Assembly: GCA_964530075.1 (NCBI GenBank) | Contig: CAZGXU010000002.1 | Coordinates: 1,247-65,246 of the forward strand | DNA from: an uncultured Thermotogae bacterium | GTDB taxonomy: Bacteria > Bipolaricaulota > Bipolaricaulia > UBA7950 > UBA9294 | Reading direction: 5' to 3' | DNA length: 64,000 bases | Shown here: one piece after another, positions 34,368 to 43,539 of the stretch | How positions within the stretch are numbered: position 1 is the first letter of the stretch | Layout of the letters: each line of letters opens with the position of its first letter | Notes under the pieces: model-generated | What the model saw: the letters and a program-made list of their open reading frames with translations, nothing else | What the model was told of the DNA's origin: nothing | The model's database searches: none | Position numbers and translations under genes: made by a program

Positions 34368-35700
34368 CCGGGGACGCGAGCCGTTGATCGAGGATCGGCT
34401 GGGAGTGCGGGCCCGCGTCTACGCAAGCGAGCGGGCGATTCTCGTCGGCGTCACCGACGGTCCGGCCGAGGAGGAGACGCTCCGCGAGCTCGAGTCGCTC
34501 GCCGATACCGCCGGGATCTCGACGCTCGCCACGGCCCTGCAGAACCGCCGGCGCCCCGATCCGGCGACGTTCATCGGCCGCGGGAAACTGGCGGAAGTGA
34601 AAGCCGCGGCGGCGGTGCTCGACGCGGACGTCGTCCTGTTCAACGACGAGCTGTCGCCGGCCCAGGCGCGCAACCTCGAGGAGGCGATGGGGCGGAAGGT
34701 GATCGACCGGACACAGCTGATCCTCGACATCTTCGCCCAGCGGGCGGCGACGAAGGAGGCGAGGCTCCAGGTCGAGCTCGCGCAGCTCCGCTATCTCCTC
34801 CCGCGTCTCCGCGGCTGGGGGGCGGCGCTGACGCGCGCCGGCGGTCGCGCGGTCGGTGGCGTCGGGACGCGCGGGCCGGGGGAGACGCAGCTCGAGCTCG
34901 ACCGGAACAAGATCAACCGCAGGATTCACACGCTCGAGAAGCGGCTCGTGAAGGCGACGGCCGAGCGGGCGGTGCGGCGGAAGAAGCGGATGAAGAGCGA
35001 CGTCCCTCGGATCGCGCTCGTCGGCTACACCAACAGCGGGAAGTCGACGCTCCTCAATCGTCTGTGCGGGGCGGACGCCTTCGTCGAGGACAAGCTGTTC
35101 GCGACGCTCGATACGGTGGTCCGGCGGGGCGCGATCGGCACCGGGCGGGTCGCCCTCTTCGCGGACACGGTCGGGTTCATCCGCGACCTTCCGCATCACC
35201 TCGTCCCGGCGTTCGCCGCGACGCTCGAGGCGGCGCAGCACGCGGATCTCCTCGTTCACGTCGTCGACATCTCCAAGCCGACCTGGGCAGAGGACCATCG
35301 GACGGTCCTCGAGATCCTCGAGCGGGAGGTCTTTCACGGGCGGGAGGAGCGAGCGGCGTCGCTGAACGTGCTGAACAAGATCGACCTCTGCCCGAGCGGC
35401 GTGCCGAGCGGAATCGAGGGGATCGCGATCTCGGCGCTCGAGGGACTCCACGTCGATCGTCTGAGAAGGCGGATCGCATCGATCGTCTTCCCCGAGGATC
35501 GAGCGGTCGCCTTCACCTTCCCGCTTGACGTCCTCCACAAGCTCAGCCCGCTGACAACGTCGGGGCGGGCGCGGATCGTCGAGTACACCACCGAGGCGGC
35601 CTGCGTGAAGGCTTCGATCTCGGAGGCGGAATGGGAACAGCTGGAGCGGGAGGGAGCGCGCCTCAGCGCCTCCGGCGCTTCCCCGGCTGAAGAACCTTGA
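34360..35700 (+). CDS. hflX: GTPase HflX
   Basis: HflX N-domain (ELESLADTAG.., GKLAEVK), G1 GYTNSGKSTLLNRL, G3 DTVGFI, G4 LNKID. ATG 34360 preferred over the track TTG 34348. Confidence 0.9.
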   Translation: MNDRGREPLIEDRLGVRARVYASERAILVGVTDGPAEEETLRELESLADTAGISTLATALQNRRRPDPATFIGRGKLAEVKAAAAVLDADVVLFNDELSPAQARNLEEAMGRKVIDRTQLILDIFAQRAATKEARLQVELAQLRYLLPRLRGWGAALTRAGGRAVGGVGTRGPGETQLELDRNKINRRIHTLEKRLVKATAERAVRRKKRMKSDVPRIALVGYTNSGKSTLLNRLCGADAFVEDKLFATLDTVVRRGAIGTGRVALFADTVGFIRDLPHHLVPAFAATLEAAQHADLLVHVVDISKPTWAEDHRTVLEILEREVFHGREERAASLNVLNKIDLCPSGVPSGIEGIAISALEGLHVDRLRRRIASIVFPEDRAVAFTFPLDVLHKLSPLTTSGRARIVEYTTEAACVKASISEAEWEQLEREGARLSASGASPAEEP

Positions 35701-36493
35701 CCTCCGCGCCGTCGACCACGAGCCGATCGCGTTCGTTCGTCAGGATCGTCACGGTGTTGCGGAAGATGTTGTGGGAGATGATCTTCCCCTTCTTGTCCTT
35801 CCAGGCGACCTGGGCGCCGAGCTCCGGGACCTGACTGAGCGCCCCTTTGTAGGTCTCGTGCTCGTACGCGAGACAGCACATCAGGCGGCCGCAGCAGCCG
35901 GTGATCCGCTCGGGCGACACGAACAGCTCCTGATCGTAAGCCATCTCCATCGGGACCGGATTTGGCTCGTGAAGGAATCGGTGACAGCAGATCTCGAGAC
36001 CGCAGCGTCCGATTCCGCCCTTGATCCGCGCTTCGTCCCGCGCCCCCATCTGGCGGAGCTCGATCCGCGTGCCGTAGCGGCCGGCGAGGTCGCGCAGGAG
36101 GGCCCGGAAGTCGACGCGATGAGGCGCCGTGAAATAGATCCGCAGCTGTCTCCGGTCGAGCGTGTACTCGGCGGCGACGAGGTGCATCGGCAGCTTGTGC
36201 CGAGCCACGACCTCGCGGGTCGAGAAGAGAATCCGCTCGGCGTCGGCCTGGTTGTAGCGATGGGTGTCGACGTCCTGCTGCGAGGCGATCCGGACGACGC
36301 GATCGAGCTGATCGCTCAAACCGGCGCCGGCCTCGAGGTCGTTGAGCATCACGCCGAGCCGAAGCCCATTGTGATCGACGACGCAGGATTGACTGGGCTG
36401 GACGGGGACCGGGCCCGCGTTGAAGCAGGCGGTCTCTCGATCGAGGTTGTGGATTCGAACCAGCACGACGCGGTCATTCGCCATCGGCATCAT
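35663..36493 (-). CDS. ricT: PSP1-domain protein (RicT/YaaT-like)
   Basis: PSP1 C-terminal pattern (RIYFTAPHRVDFRALLRDLAGRYGTRIELRQMGARDEA..GRCGLEICCHRF..CCGRLMCCLAYE). It sits directly downstream of holB, as in many bacteria. Confidence 0.8.
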   Translation of the reverse strand: MMPMANDRVVLVRIHNLDRETACFNAGPVPVQPSQSCVVDHNGLRLGVMLNDLEAGAGLSDQLDRVVRIASQQDVDTHRYNQADAERILFSTREVVARHKLPMHLVAAEYTLDRRQLRIYFTAPHRVDFRALLRDLAGRYGTRIELRQMGARDEARIKGGIGRCGLEICCHRFLHEPNPVPMEMAYDQELFVSPERITGCCGRLMCCLAYEHETYKGALSQVPELGAQVAWKDKKGKIISHNIFRNTVTILTNERDRLVVDGAEVKVLQPGKRRRR

Positions 36494-37490
36494 CTCCCGG
36501 TGTCAGCATCAACGATAGCAGAATCGCCTCCGGCGGTCCGTAGACGGTGACCGAACGATACGCGCCGTCGATCGCTTGGCAGAGATTCCGGAGACGGGAT
36601 GGTCCGATTCGATCTCGGATTTCGGGGAGCGGAGCGTAAACGGCGTCCGGATCGGACGGCGGTCGGGTCGGCTCGAAGCAGGCGGTGAGCAGCTCTTGCA
36701 GGAAGCGCGCGAGGGTGTCGCGATCCTGCGCGGCGAGCGTCCGCACACCGACCGTCAGCAACTCGGCGTCCTGGGCGCCGATCCGAGCGACGGTCAGGAG
36801 GAGCGCTTCGTACCGTCGGATCGGCTCGTCGCCGAGGGCGTCCGCGATCAGATCGGCGGCGGCGGCGGTTCGCAGCTCGGTGGTGGCCGCATCGCGCGCC
36901 CCCGCGACGTCGAGCGGCGCTTCGGTCAGGCGCTCCAGGTCGCCGTCGCGGAGGACGACGCGGGCCAACCATGCCGCGTCCCCCTCGGCGTAGCCGGCGT
37001 CCGCCAGACGACGCAGCACAGCGTCGCGACCGGTCGGAGGGATCCGGATCGTCCGACACCGAGACACGATCGTCGGAAGGAGGTCGCTCGGGTGCTCGGC
37101 GAGGGCGACGAACGCGAGGTCGCGCGGCGGCTCCTCCATGATCTTGAGGAGCGCGTTCGCCGCTTCCGGGGTGAGCGTCTCGGCACGTGGGATCAGGCAG
37201 ACCTTTCGCTTCGCCTGGACCGGCGAGAATTGGGTCAGGCGGATGACCTCGCGGACCTGATCGATCCCGATCCGCTCCTTCTTCTCCGGCGGTGTCAGCT
37301 CGATCAGATCCGGATGGACCCCGCGCAGGGCGAGCGACGCGTCGGGCTCGGACCCCGGACCGGCGAGAAGCGGGGCCGCCAGGCGGCGCCCTTCGCCGAG
37401 CCGGTCGACCGCTCGAGGCACGAGGTAGAGCGTCGCGGCGGCGTCAGTCGTCGTGGTTGCGCGCCGTGTCACGGAAGGCCCGTTCATCAC
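36474..37490 (-). CDS. holB: DNA polymerase III delta-prime-like subunit
   Basis: AAA+-like clamp-loader core: KVCLIPRAETLTPEAANALLKIMEEPP, LPTIVSRCRTIRI. The P-loop is degenerate, as expected for delta-prime. Followed by the ricT-like gene. Confidence 0.75.
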   Translation of the reverse strand: MMNGPSVTRRATTTTDAAATLYLVPRAVDRLGEGRRLAAPLLAGPGSEPDASLALRGVHPDLIELTPPEKKERIGIDQVREVIRLTQFSPVQAKRKVCLIPRAETLTPEAANALLKIMEEPPRDLAFVALAEHPSDLLPTIVSRCRTIRIPPTGRDAVLRRLADAGYAEGDAAWLARVVLRDGDLERLTEAPLDVAGARDAATTELRTAAAADLIADALGDEPIRRYEALLLTVARIGAQDAELLTVGVRTLAAQDRDTLARFLQELLTACFEPTRPPSDPDAVYAPLPEIRDRIGPSRLRNLCQAIDGAYRSVTVYGPPEAILLSLMLTPGDDADGE

Positions 37491-37534
37491 GCGAGGAGGG
37501 TATCACAGCCCAGATGGAGGCGCAATCGCCGCCT

Positions 37535-38032
37535 CTAGAGAAGGATCGACTCGAGGAGGTCGGCGATCCCGGGGAGGTCGCCCGGCGAGAGGACGGCCGT
37601 TCCGTCCGGAGCCGCGATCCGATCGTCCGTGACCACGGCGATCACATCGATCTCGCCGGCGAGCGGTTCGCGCGCCATCTCGCGCCCGCGCCGGAAGACC
37701 TCGATCTTCGGAAATGGCCCGCGCTTCAGCCCTTCAATGACGACGAAGTCGCAATCCGGGAAGAGGCGGTCGATCAACCCCTCGGGCCCCTCCTCCGGGG
37801 ATCTCCTCCACGTGAGGACGGCGTCCGACTCGCCGAGCAGGAGGACCGGCTCGGCGCCGGCCGCCGCAAGCCTTCCGCTGTCCGTCCCCGCGTCGTCCGG
37901 CGCGGTGAGGTGCGGGGCGTGCTTGATCGCGCCCACGCGGTACCCGCGGTCGACGAGGTGCGGGATGAGGCGCGACAGAAGCCGCGTCTTGCCGCTGTCG
38001 TGATGGCCGATGAACGATACCGCGGGGATCAT
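37535..38032 (-). CDS. mobB: Molybdopterin-guanine dinucleotide biosynthesis adapter MobB
   Basis: Internal ATG 38032 preceded by GGAGAGAGG. MIPAVSFIGHHDSGKTRLLSRLIPHLVDRGYRVGAIKH. Confidence 0.82.
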   Translation of the reverse strand: MIPAVSFIGHHDSGKTRLLSRLIPHLVDRGYRVGAIKHAPHLTAPDDAGTDSGRLAAAGAEPVLLLGESDAVLTWRRSPEEGPEGLIDRLFPDCDFVVIEGLKRGPFPKIEVFRRGREMAREPLAGEIDVIAVVTDDRIAAPDGTAVLSPGDLPGIADLLESILL

Positions 38033-38118
38033 CCTCTCTCCTGACGCGATCCCGGAGCGCGGCCGAGCGCCCCGAGCGGGCGAACGGATTGTACGGGAGC
38101 CCCCGTGGCCGGGCCAGT

Positions 38119-38147
38119 TTGCGACGGGATTTGGCGTCCCCGATAAT
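38119..38147 (+). promoter_or_regulatory. Sigma-70-like promoter upstream of the acyl-CoA synthetase gene
   Basis: TTGCGA - 17 nt - GATAAT, 35 nt before the ATG, with SD GAGGTGA between. Confidence 0.45.
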
Positions 38148-38181
38148 CCGTGCGACATCCTACCGGTGATGAGGTGAATCG

Positions 38182-39804
38182 ATGAGAACCCTGTCCCAAG
38201 TTCTCCGCGACACGACCGACCGATTCCCGGACCGGAGCGCCATTCTCGACCCGGGCGGCGTGGCACTCACGTACGGCGAGCTGAACGCGCGGGTCGATCG
38301 GCTCGCCCGCGGCCTGCTTGAGATCGGCGTCGCCAAGGGCGACAAGGTGGGGCTCTGGATGCCGAACGTGCCCGAGTGGGTCGTGGCCTACTTCGCGATC
38401 GCCCGGATCGGCGCGGTCGTCGTCCCGATGAACACCCGGTACAAGAGGCACGAGGTCGAGTACATCCTCGAGGACTCCGAGGCGACGACGCTGTTCGCCG
38501 TCGCCTCGTTCGTCGGGATCGACTACCTCCGGATGATCGGCGAGATCCGAGACAAGCTCCCGAACCTGAGGCACGTCGTGATCGTCGGTCGACCGGGCGA
38601 AGGGATGCGTGGGTTCGATGAGATCGCCGCCCTCGGGGAAGCGAACCTCGCCGACGGCAGGCTCGCCGAGCGGGAGGCCCTCTGCGAACCGGGCGACAAC
38701 GTCTTCATCCTTTACACCTCCGGGACGACCGGGACCCCGAAGGGGGCGATGCTCTCGCACCACAACATCGCCAAGAACGCCGAACAGGTCACCGGGGTTC
38801 TCCATACGACCGAGGAGGACGTCTTCCTCCTGGCCGTGCCGTTCTTCCACTGCTTCGGCTGCGTGATGGGGATCGCCGGTTCGATCACCTGGGGCGCCGC
38901 GATGGTTCCGATGCAGATCTTCAAGGCGAACGAGGCGCTCGAGCTCGTCGAGCGGTTCGGCGTCTCCGTCCTCTACGGCGTCCCGACGATGTTCGTGCTC
39001 GAGCTCGAGGAGAACCGGAAGGGGAGGGAGGACGGAACGTCCTACGACGTGTCGACGCTGCGGACCGGAATCATGGCCGGCGCGCCGTGTCCGATCGAAG
39101 TGATGAAGGGGACGATGGAGGAGCTCCACTGCAACGTATCGATCGCCTACGGGCTGACCGAGGCGTCGCCGGTGATCACCATGACCCGGTTCGACGATCC
39201 GATCGAGCGCCGCGTGGAGACGGTCGGCCGCGCCCTCGACGGGGTCGAAGTGAAGATCGCCGATGACGATCGGAATCCGGTCCCGGTCGGCGAGATGGGC
39301 GAGCTCGCCTGCCGCGGCTACAACGTGATGCTCGGCTACTACAGGGCGCCCGACGTGACGGCCGAGACGATCGACGCCGACGGATGGCTCTACTCCGGCG
39401 ACCTGGCGACGATGGACCACGAAGGGTACGTCAAGATCGTCGGCCGGAAGAAGGACATGTTGATCTGCGGCGGGTTCAACGTCTACCCGGCCGAGATCGA
39501 GGAGTACCTGTTCACCCATCCGAAGGTGCAGAACGTCGCGGTGATCGGCGTCCCTGACGACGTCTTCGGCGAGGTCGCGGCCGCGTTCATCATCCCGCGC
39601 GAAGGAGAGACGGTCGATCCGCAGGAGATCGTCGACTACTGCGCCGGCGAGATCGCCAACTTCAAGGTGCCGCGCTACGTCGAGGTCGTCGACGACTTTC
39701 CGATGACCCAGTCGGGGAAGGTCCAGAAGTTCAAGCTGCGCGAGATCGCCGAGGCGGCGCAGCGGACCTCCGAGATGACGAAGCTCTCCCCGACGAAGAA
39801 GTGA
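38182..39804 (+). CDS. AMP-dependent acyl-CoA synthetase/ligase
   Basis: ILYTSGTTGTPKGAMLSH, YGLTE, GDLATMDHEGYVKIVGRKKD, QSGKVQK. Confidence 0.9.
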   Translation: MRTLSQVLRDTTDRFPDRSAILDPGGVALTYGELNARVDRLARGLLEIGVAKGDKVGLWMPNVPEWVVAYFAIARIGAVVVPMNTRYKRHEVEYILEDSEATTLFAVASFVGIDYLRMIGEIRDKLPNLRHVVIVGRPGEGMRGFDEIAALGEANLADGRLAEREALCEPGDNVFILYTSGTTGTPKGAMLSHHNIAKNAEQVTGVLHTTEEDVFLLAVPFFHCFGCVMGIAGSITWGAAMVPMQIFKANEALELVERFGVSVLYGVPTMFVLELEENRKGREDGTSYDVSTLRTGIMAGAPCPIEVMKGTMEELHCNVSIAYGLTEASPVITMTRFDDPIERRVETVGRALDGVEVKIADDDRNPVPVGEMGELACRGYNVMLGYYRAPDVTAETIDADGWLYSGDLATMDHEGYVKIVGRKKDMLICGGFNVYPAEIEEYLFTHPKVQNVAVIGVPDDVFGEVAAAFIIPREGETVDPQEIVDYCAGEIANFKVPRYVEVVDDFPMTQSGKVQKFKLREIAEAAQRTSEMTKLSPTKK

Positions 39805-40568
39805 CCGCGATGGCTCGAGGGGGGCTTCGTCGCGATGAAGTGTTGAGCCTGGCCCGGAGGCTCATTTCGATCGAAAGCCACAAGGACGCGCCGGGCCGCG
39901 AGGCGGAGATCGGTCGGTTTCTCGTCGGATGGTTCCGGGACCGCGGGATCGACGCCGAGCTGCAGCCGGTCGACGGCGACCGGGCGAACGTGATCGCCCG
40001 GATTCCCGGGGGCGGCGGCCCGAGCCTGATCCTCAACGGGCACCTCGACACGGTCCCGAGCGGCGACATGCCGGACGCGTTCTCCCCGCGGATCGAGGGC
40101 GGCGACCTGTGGGGGCGAGGGGCGTGCGATATGAAGGGCGCGATCGCGGCCATGTGTTGTGCGATGGCCGCAATCGCGGGAGACGAAGCTTCGCTTCGTC
40201 CGAACGACTCCGGACAAAGGGGCGAGTCGCTCCATCGCGACAAGGCCCTGGGGCCGAACTCCGTTCGGCAGGGGGCTGCTGAAGCTTCGGTCCCTCTGGG
40301 CGAAGAGCTGCTGTTCGCGGGGACGGTCGATGAGGAGACGGGGTCGATCGGGGTGAAGGCGCTCGTCGACGCGGCGATCCCGGCCGGACCGGTCGGCGTC
40401 GCCTACTGGTCCGACGGCGGGCACCTCGCGGCGAACGGGATCGAGACGATCGCTCTCGGTCCGGGCGACGTCACGAGCGCGCACGGCCCGCGGGACCGCG
40501 TCGCGGTCGAGGAGCTGTCGGCGGCCGCGGCCCTGTATCGCGGGATCGTGCGACGCCTGCTGGCGTAG
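39801..40568 (+). CDS. M20-family (ArgE/DapE-like) peptidase catalytic domain without the lid/dimerisation domain
   Basis: GTGA overlap with the upstream gene. LILNGHLDTVP, GRGACDMKGAIAAM, GTVDEETGSIG, then directly SDGGHLAANGIETIALGPGDVTSAHGPRDRVAVEEL. Only 255 aa, against ~380 for typical members by my recollection. Confidence 0.65.
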   Translation: MTAMARGGLRRDEVLSLARRLISIESHKDAPGREAEIGRFLVGWFRDRGIDAELQPVDGDRANVIARIPGGGGPSLILNGHLDTVPSGDMPDAFSPRIEGGDLWGRGACDMKGAIAAMCCAMAAIAGDEASLRPNDSGQRGESLHRDKALGPNSVRQGAAEASVPLGEELLFAGTVDEETGSIGVKALVDAAIPAGPVGVAYWSDGGHLAANGIETIALGPGDVTSAHGPRDRVAVEELSAAAALYRGIVRRLLA

Positions 40569-40595
40569 CGGAGCCGGCCGCTCAGCCGGGGAAGC

Positions 40596-41822
40596 TCATT
40601 GGGGCTGCGAGGTCTCGCCGGACTTGGCGATCGCCAGCTTCGCCGTGAGAGGGCCGATCAGTTCGTGGATGACGGTCGCCCCGATGACGACGTTCAAGAG
40701 GATCTGGCTGATCGGCGCAAGCACCGTCTCCTGTTGGACCAGCAGCGCAAGGCCGATGACGATCCCTCCCTGCGGGATCAGTCCCCAGCCGGCGTATCGA
40801 CGGACCGCACGCGACGCGCGGCCGAGCCTCGCCCCCAGATAGGTTCCCGCCAGCTTGCCGGCCGACCGGAAGACGACGAACAGGAGGACGACGGGCAGGT
40901 ACTGGAGCAGCACCTCCACGTCGAGGAGCATCCCGCTGACCGTGAAGAAGACAATGAACACGATCGGCTCGACCGATTCCTCGAGGAGATGGAAAATGTG
41001 GGGCCGTTCCTGCTTCCGGGCCACGTTGACGACCGTGATCCCCATCGCCATCGTGGCGAGGAGCTGGTCGAGCCCAAGCAGCGCCGAGACGCCGTAGCAG
41101 ATGCCCAGGAGCCCCAGCAAGAGGGCGATCTGGAGCCCCTCACTCTCGCCGACGAACCAGCTCGGCACGAACCGGAACACCAGACCGGAAGCGGCACCGA
41201 GGGCGAGCGCGCCTCCGATGGCGATCAGCGGCTCGAAGATCCTGCTGATCCCCCCCACGTGATGCGTGATCAGGACCAACGCGACGACGATGGCCAGGCT
41301 GTAGTTGAGGATGCCGAGCGCGTCGTCGAGGGCCGCGGCCGCCATGATGCTGAAGGTCACCATCCCCTTCGCCCGGTACTGGCGGACCACCGCGAGCGTC
41401 GCCGACGGATCGGTGGGAGAGGCGAGCGCGCCGAGCAGGACGGCGAGCGGGGCGACCATCGTCAGGAAGCTCGTGCCTCGCGGCAGCAGGAACGGGAGCG
41501 TGACGAGGCAGCCCGCGGTCACAAGCAGGGCGGCCAGCTCGGCCTCGCCGAGCGCGACGAAGAGGATCTTCTTTCCGAGCTCCTTGAGCGGTCCGATCGC
41601 GAGCGTCCCGCCGATGGCGAAGGTGAGGATCGCCAACGACAGGTCGGTCGTCGTCCCCATCGAATCGACGAAGGAACTCGTGACGAGCCCCGTGACGTGT
41701 GGGTTCAGAACCAGTCCTGCGACGATGTATCCGGTCACTCGCGGAAGGCCGACCCTTCGCACCGTCTCCCCGAGGACGTAGCCCAGCGTGATCGCCAGGC
41801 CCGTTGCTAGAAGTCCGGTCAC
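40596..41822 (-). CDS. CPA2-type cation:proton antiporter
   Basis: About 12 TM helices of Na+/H+-exchanger-family type (LPRVTGYIVAGLVLNPHVTG..). Start placed at GTG 41822 because it follows GAGGGTGAatc, the same SD context as rho and the acyl-CoA synthetase. The 65-aa extension to 42017 looks non-coding. Confidence 0.75.
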   Translation of the reverse strand: MTGLLATGLAITLGYVLGETVRRVGLPRVTGYIVAGLVLNPHVTGLVTSSFVDSMGTTTDLSLAILTFAIGGTLAIGPLKELGKKILFVALGEAELAALLVTAGCLVTLPFLLPRGTSFLTMVAPLAVLLGALASPTDPSATLAVVRQYRAKGMVTFSIMAAAALDDALGILNYSLAIVVALVLITHHVGGISRIFEPLIAIGGALALGAASGLVFRFVPSWFVGESEGLQIALLLGLLGICYGVSALLGLDQLLATMAMGITVVNVARKQERPHIFHLLEESVEPIVFIVFFTVSGMLLDVEVLLQYLPVVLLFVVFRSAGKLAGTYLGARLGRASRAVRRYAGWGLIPQGGIVIGLALLVQQETVLAPISQILLNVVIGATVIHELIGPLTAKLAIAKSGETSQPQ

Positions 41823-42094
41823 ACGATTCACCCTCAGCCGCTTGGCGACAGCCTCCGCCTCGCGAAATGCCGAAGGATATGTCCGGAGGGCGGATCGTGC
41901 AACTCGGGCCCGAACGTCGGTGCCGAGCCCGCTCGAGGGTCGACGACCGTCCGTCGTTGCCTTGGCACCCCAACAACACCGTTCCGCAGGACCTTTCCGG
42001 GTACACAATCCTGACACACGTTGTCGACAGGACCTTCACGAAGGCGGCGCATCATGTCGTCGATCTAGCGAGAGCACCCACCGAAACGCACCAA

Positions 42095-42141
42095 CCTCCA
42101 GAGGCCCGGGTTTAGCCCTCCCGGGCCTCGCCTCTTGGAGG
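42095..42141. other. Strong extended hairpin of unknown role
   Basis: Inner perfect 10-bp stem gaggcccggg / cccgggcctc (9-nt loop) extended by cctcca / ttggagg across a 6-nt bulge. It lies between the antiporter leader and the tRNA promoter. Confidence 0.5.
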
Positions 42142-42178
42142 TCCCACCGTTCCGGGCGGCGCCTCCCCGGCCCGGCGC

Positions 42179-42207
42179 TTGCGGCGTTGCCGCTCGATCC
42201 CTAGAAT
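42179..42207 (+). promoter_or_regulatory. Sigma-70-like promoter for the tRNA-Ser / SRP RNA unit
   Basis: TTGCGG - 17 nt - TAGAAT, ending 10 nt before tRNA position 1. Confidence 0.5.
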
Positions 42208-42217
42208 CCTTCTCGCC

Positions 42218-42308
42218 GGAGGGGTTGGAGAGCGGCCGAATCCGCCGGTTTGGAGAACCGGTGTACTCCTCGTGGGTACCGCGGGTTCAAATCCCGCCCC
42301 CTCCGCCA
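42218..42308 (+). tRNA. tRNA-Ser (anticodon GGA), CCA-encoded, long variable arm
   Basis: Acceptor GGAGGGG / CCCCTCC, discriminator G, CCA. Anticodon stem CCGGT / ACCGG with loop TT-GGA-GA. Long variable arm TGTACTCCTCGTGGGTACC. T arm GCGGG TTCAAAT CCCGC. Confidence 0.92.
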
Positions 42309-42583
42309 CCGCCTGTGCTAGGTGGGGGGCTAGCGGTCCCCTGCATCCACAACCCGCTCACGTGGAGCCGAAGGGCTTCCGGAGGGGGAAGGCGTGGGGG
42401 TCTGTCCTCGGGCAAGCGGCGTTGAAGGCCGAGCCCTCTGCGGCGCACGTCGGTGAACCCCGTGAGGCCCGGAAGGGAGCAGCGGTAAGCCGATCTCTGC
42501 GGGTGTTAGAGGATCCCTTGGCCCGAGCCGGCTACCCGCGAAGCGCCTCGTTCCTTCCTTCGATGGAGCCGTGCACAGGCGCT
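42309..42583 (+). ncRNA. ffs: Signal recognition particle RNA, large (Alu-domain-containing, Bacillus/archaeal-like) type
   Basis: Alu-domain sequence GUGCUAGGUGGGGGGCUAGCGGUCCCCUGCAUCCACAACCCGCUCACGUGGAGCCGAAGGGC parallels B. subtilis scRNA. Helix 8 core GUGAGGCCCGGAAGGGAGCAGCGGUAAGC. The 5' CGCCUGUGC pairs with the 3' GCACAGGCG (42573-42581). Ends are approximate to within a few nt. Confidence 0.88.
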
Positions 42584-42591
42584 CTCTTCCC

Positions 42592-43539
42592 TCAGCCGGC
42601 TCCGAGTTCCGAGTCGACGATGTCGCGGAGCGCGTGAACGATGCGGATCGAGGTCGAACCGCTGATCCCGTCGACGCCGAACGCGGCGGTCTTCAGGAGC
42701 CCGTCGCGGCACCCGCGGACGGCGGCGACGTTCAGAAGTCGCTCTTCCTCCTCGGGGCGGAGCGCGAGGGATCGGTCGCCGGTGGCGACGGCGAGGCCGG
42801 CGCAGAGCCCGTATGCCCCCCAGTTGGAGACGGTCGACGGGAGGAGGAGCGCCGCTGGGGTGATCGCGGCGATCCCGCCGCCGCAACCGCACGTGCAGCG
42901 CCGCGCTTCGGGGACGAGCGAAAGGACCTCGTCGCGGATCGCGCCGAACCCGATCTCGTTTCCCCGATCGCCGATCGCGACCGTCAGCTTGCCGGCGGCG
43001 TTCATCCCGACGAACACCGCGTCGATCGAGATCGAGCCGGCTTCAATCCGTTCACCGCTCCAGGCGTGAAGGAACCCCTCGGCGTTCTCTCCCGGCTTCT
43101 CGATCGCGATCGCCACGTCGATCCCGTCGGCGAGGTCGCGCGTTGGGGCGCCGGGGATTGGGTCGACGGGGACGCCCGCCTCGATCTCGGCGGCGAGCCA
43201 GGTCGTGTGGTCGAGGGTCTGCGGATCGGCGTAGATTGCGACGTCGAACCCGGCGCGCCGCAACGCGCGGGCGAGGGCGACCGCGCCCAGCGGGCCGTCG
43301 TTCTCTCCGTGCGGGAAGGCGTCGGGGACGACGAACCCGGTGAACAGGGCGACGCGTTCGCCGTGGCGCGCGAGGAGGGCGCCGACGATCGCCGCGGAGA
43401 GAAAGGTCTCCCCGGTATGGCGCCGAGCGGCCGCTTGAAGGGCGCGGGCGCGTGCCGCGGCCCCTTCCGGGACGAACCCGGCGCCGCAGACGAGCCGGTC
43501 GATCTCGGCGAACGGGCTGGAGGGCGGGGCGCTAGTCAT
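42592..43539 (-). CDS. DUF4392 domain protein (D-glutamate cyclase-like)
   Basis: Internal ATG 43539 preceded by GGGGGAG. TGFVVPDAFPHGENDGPLGAVALARAL, AIEKPG, GDRGNEIGFG, CTCGCGGGIAA, VSNWGAYGL: the pattern I associate with DUF4392. Confidence 0.7.
   Translation of the reverse strand: MTSAPPSSPFAEIDRLVCGAGFVPEGAAARARALQAAARRHTGETFLSAAIVGALLARHGERVALFTGFVVPDAFPHGENDGPLGAVALARALRRAGFDVAIYADPQTLDHTTWLAAEIEAGVPVDPIPGAPTRDLADGIDVAIAIEKPGENAEGFLHAWSGERIEAGSISIDAVFVGMNAAGKLTVAIGDRGNEIGFGAIRDEVLSLVPEARRCTCGCGGGIAAITPAALLLPSTVSNWGAYGLCAGLAVATGDRSLALRPEEEERLLNVAAVRGCRDGLLKTAAFGVDGISGSTSIRIVHALRDIVDSELGAG

Noticed and set aside
38029-39519. 496-aa minus-strand ORF antisense to the acyl-CoA synthetase gene
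   Set aside because: No family features. The opposite strand carries the full AMP-binding motif set.
42135-42637. Plus-strand ORFs of 96 and 152 aa across 42135-42637
   Set aside because: They run through the tRNA-Ser and SRP RNA genes (poly-Pro from the CCCGCCCCCTCCGCCACC stretch). The RNA genes explain the sequence.
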